This document shows, one piece after another, positions 61,792 to 64,000 of a stretch of DNA of 64,000 nt (its first letter is position 1; every line of letters starts with the position of its first letter). This DNA comes from an uncultured Poribacteria bacterium (lineage in GTDB: Bacteria > Poribacteria > WGA-4E > WGA-3G): assembly GCA_958296135.2 (NCBI GenBank), contig CATQHZ020000001.1, positions 1,920,001-1,984,000 on the forward strand, given 5' to 3'. The notes under the pieces were generated by a model. The model searched no databases. It was not told where the DNA came from and worked only from the letters and a program-made list of their open reading frames with translations. The position numbers were made by a program, and so were the translations under genes.

Positions 61792-62982
61792 TTACGCTGC
61801 CTTCGCGCGCTTGAGCGCGTCCTCGGAAACGCTCAACGTCTTCGCGACATCCTCATCGCTATGCGAGACAGACATGAACCAGATATGTCCCCCTGGCAAA
61901 TAGAGCCCGCCATCCAACGTTGCTTCATAGAAGGTTTTGCGGAACTTCTCACTACTATCCGAATTCAGTCCGAAGAAAGGCATGGCACCGATGCCGCCGA
62001 CGCGGGCGCAGTCAATACCGAGGCGTTCCGTCATCTCCCGATAGCCGTCCAACAACTTTTCACCCTGTTTCCACATCAAGGCGACACCGTCGGTTGCTTC
62101 CAATTCCTGAATCGTGGCGATTGCGGCACCGACGAGGGAAACTTCGCCATGGAAAGTAGCGGCTACCCATACATCGGAGACTTCGTCCATAATCTCCTTT
62201 TTGCCGACGACAACCGCCGTAGCGAACCCGTTAGCGAGTGCCTTCCCAAAGACTGACATGTCCGGCGTAACGCCGAAGTATTCCTGCGCGCCGCCCAGAG
62301 CATACCTGAACCCGGTCTTCACCTCGTCAAAAATGATGAGCGCGCCGTTGGAATTGACGAGTGCTTTCGCTTCTTCCAAGTAGCCATCTTTGGGGAGCTC
62401 CTGCCCAGAAGGTTCTAGAATCAGACAAGCAATCTCCCCCGGATGTGCCTTAAAAAGATTCGCGAGTGCCTCCAAGTCGTTAAACGCCACACTGAGCGTT
62501 GCATCCGCCGCGCTCGGTAGGTGCCCGCGGGCGTGGCTACACCAGTCATGCCACCCGTGGTAGCCGCATCTGATAACTTTGTCTCTCTCAGTATAGGCAC
62601 GTGCGAACTTAATCGCCCCGGTCGTGGCATCGGAACCGCCGACAAAGTAAGCAACTCTCTCCGCCGAGGGAATAATCTGCACCAATTTTTCGGCGAGTTC
62701 CACTTCCAGCGTATGGCCAAAGTTATAGACATTGCCGCGCTCCAGATATTTCGCGACTGCCTCTATCACGGCAGGATAGGCGTGCCCGAGTATCATCGGA
62801 CCGTAGCCCATCAGATAGTCAATATAGTCGTTTCCATCGGCATCCCAGAAGTGCGCGCCCTTTCCGCCAGCAATCATAATCGGTTGCGGCGGCTGGCTCT
62901 GTTTATGCGGTTGGCCACCACCGACTAGGGCAGCTTTGGCGCGTTCTTTCCACGCCAATGATTTCTCAAAACTCCGTGCCAT
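61792..62982 (-). CDS. Class III PLP aminotransferase (GSA-aminomutase-like)
   Basis: WDADGNDYID, GYHG, IFDEVKTGFR, PDMSVFGK. Confidence 0.9.
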   Translation of the reverse strand: MARSFEKSLAWKERAKAALVGGGQPHKQSQPPQPIMIAGGKGAHFWDADGNDYIDYLMGYGPMILGHAYPAVIEAVAKYLERGNVYNFGHTLEVELAEKLVQIIPSAERVAYFVGGSDATTGAIKFARAYTERDKVIRCGYHGWHDWCSHARGHLPSAADATLSVAFNDLEALANLFKAHPGEIACLILEPSGQELPKDGYLEEAKALVNSNGALIIFDEVKTGFRYALGGAQEYFGVTPDMSVFGKALANGFATAVVVGKKEIMDEVSDVWVAATFHGEVSLVGAAIATIQELEATDGVALMWKQGEKLLDGYREMTERLGIDCARVGGIGAMPFFGLNSDSSEKFRKTFYEATLDGGLYLPGGHIWFMSVSHSDEDVAKTLSVSEDALKRAKAA

Positions 62983-63049
62983 CCTCACGTCCTCCAATCA
63001 GTTTTACGTAACTATACCACAATTCTGCATTTTATGGCAGATTTTCTTC

Positions 63050-63078
63050 TTGAAAATCGTGCAATGCTGTGCCATAAT
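63050..63078 (+). promoter_or_regulatory. Sigma70 promoter
   Basis: TTGAAA-N17-CATAAT with an extended TG. Confidence 0.6.
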
Positions 63079-63089
63079 AGTTGCAAATA

Positions 63090-63298
63090 GGACTAATACC
63101 AAATAAGTTTGATTCGTCTTGTCTCTATAGGTGGAGATTCGCCCGCTCTTGCCCGTTACGCCGAAACGCTAGCATCTCTGCCGCCTCGCTGCAGAGATGT
63201 CCACCGTCGGGTTTCCGGCGAAGCAGGGCGAGCCTGAACGACAGCGGAAAACTGGGGATGACAGCCCAAGAAAAATCAACATCATTTGGTATGACTCC
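63090..63298 (+). other. Long imperfect rod-like inverted structure (MITE or ncRNA)
   Basis: ATACCAAATAAGTTTGATT..TCTTG pairs with CAAGA..AATCAACATCATTTGGTAT; inner stem TCGCCC/GGGCGA. Confidence 0.45.
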
Positions 63299-63314
63299 CC
63301 GGAGGACATAAAAA

Positions 63315-64000
63315 ATGGCAGAACACCTTTTAACAGACGCGCAGATGCGGGATTTCATTGTGAACGGTTACGTCACCGTCACCACCGCACTGCCGGCGCA
63401 ATTTCACGATGCCATCTATGAAAAGACGGTGGCTGTTTTTGACAAAGAGGGCAACCCTGGCAACAATCTCGTGCCGCGGATACCGGCGATTCAGAAAGTG
63501 CTTGACGATGCGAACGTCAAAGGCGCGCTGACAAGCCTGCTCGGCCCCGATTACTATATGCAGCCCCACCGGCACCCGCACTACAATCCGCCCAGTAGCA
63601 AGGGACAGGGGATGCACCAAGATGGCGGGAAGCGATGGTCTCACCATACGCGCAGGTTGCTCGTCTTCTATTATCCACAGGATACGCCGGTGGCACTCGG
63701 CCCGACAGGGGTTGTGCCGATGAGCCACTACTACAGCACTCGCGAAGGCGCGCACATCTCGCCGGAACAGCCCATCTGTGGGAAAGCAGGAACAGTGGCG
63801 TTCGCCAACTATGATCTTTGGCACCGCGCGATGCCGAATCAGAGCGACAAAAAGCGGTATATGATGAAATTCCTCTATGCCCGGATGTCCGAACCGCAAG
63901 CACCTACGTGGGCAAATCAGGAGACAGAATGGGCGAACATCCCTATAGACGAGGTTTGTAACCCAGTTGAACATCAGGAGATGTTTAAGCACCTCTGGCA
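63315..64000 (+). CDS. PhyH-family dioxygenase (runs off the window)
   Basis: GGAGG RBS; manual translation MAEHLLTDAQMRDFIVNGY...MHQD...FYYPQD..GPT...LWHR. Confidence 0.85.
   Translation, partial: MAEHLLTDAQMRDFIVNGYVTVTTALPAQFHDAIYEKTVAVFDKEGNPGNNLVPRIPAIQKVLDDANVKGALTSLLGPDYYMQPHRHPHYNPPSSKGQGMHQDGGKRWSHHTRRLLVFYYPQDTPVALGPTGVVPMSHYYSTREGAHISPEQPICGKAGTVAFANYDLWHRAMPNQSDKKRYMMKFLYARMSEPQAPTWANQETEWANIPIDEVCNPVEHQEMFKHLW

Noticed and set aside
63330-63992. Minus-strand 220-aa ORF
   Set aside because: Shadow of the plus-strand PhyH gene, which has an RBS and family motifs.

Overview
Bacterial chromosomal window, probably Candidatus Poribacteria or a relative. This is inferred from the LRR and WD40 proteins with a C-terminal PNPFNPETWIP...RKMLI domain, the PhyH, Gfo and LLM paralogues and a DUF6785-like membrane protein. 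The backbone is metabolic and envelope genes (moeB, lexA, a class A PBP, dtd, copA, GT9/GT1 glycosyltransferases, pyrK, bioB, tRNA-Leu and tRNA-fMet). Four accessory features stand out. (1) Two TnpB-only, IS607-like elements flank a DNA methyltransferase; where tnpA would normally lie, both carry a ~90-nt leader whose stems and pseudoknot covary between the copies. (2) A SNF2-DUF3883 / DUF1156 / DUF499 defence locus contains inserted cargo: a TIR gene coupled to a RipA-like membrane gene, an HNH gene and two unknown genes. (3) Several GTAG-type REP palindrome families occur, some inserted in frame inside copA and a GT9 gene, along with a 50-bp element found inside other palindromes. (4) A ~2,040-aa LRR/metalloprotease protein has near-identical 66-bp repeat frameworks and four hypervariable codons per repeat. 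Family calls come from motif recognition by eye; no database searches were run.
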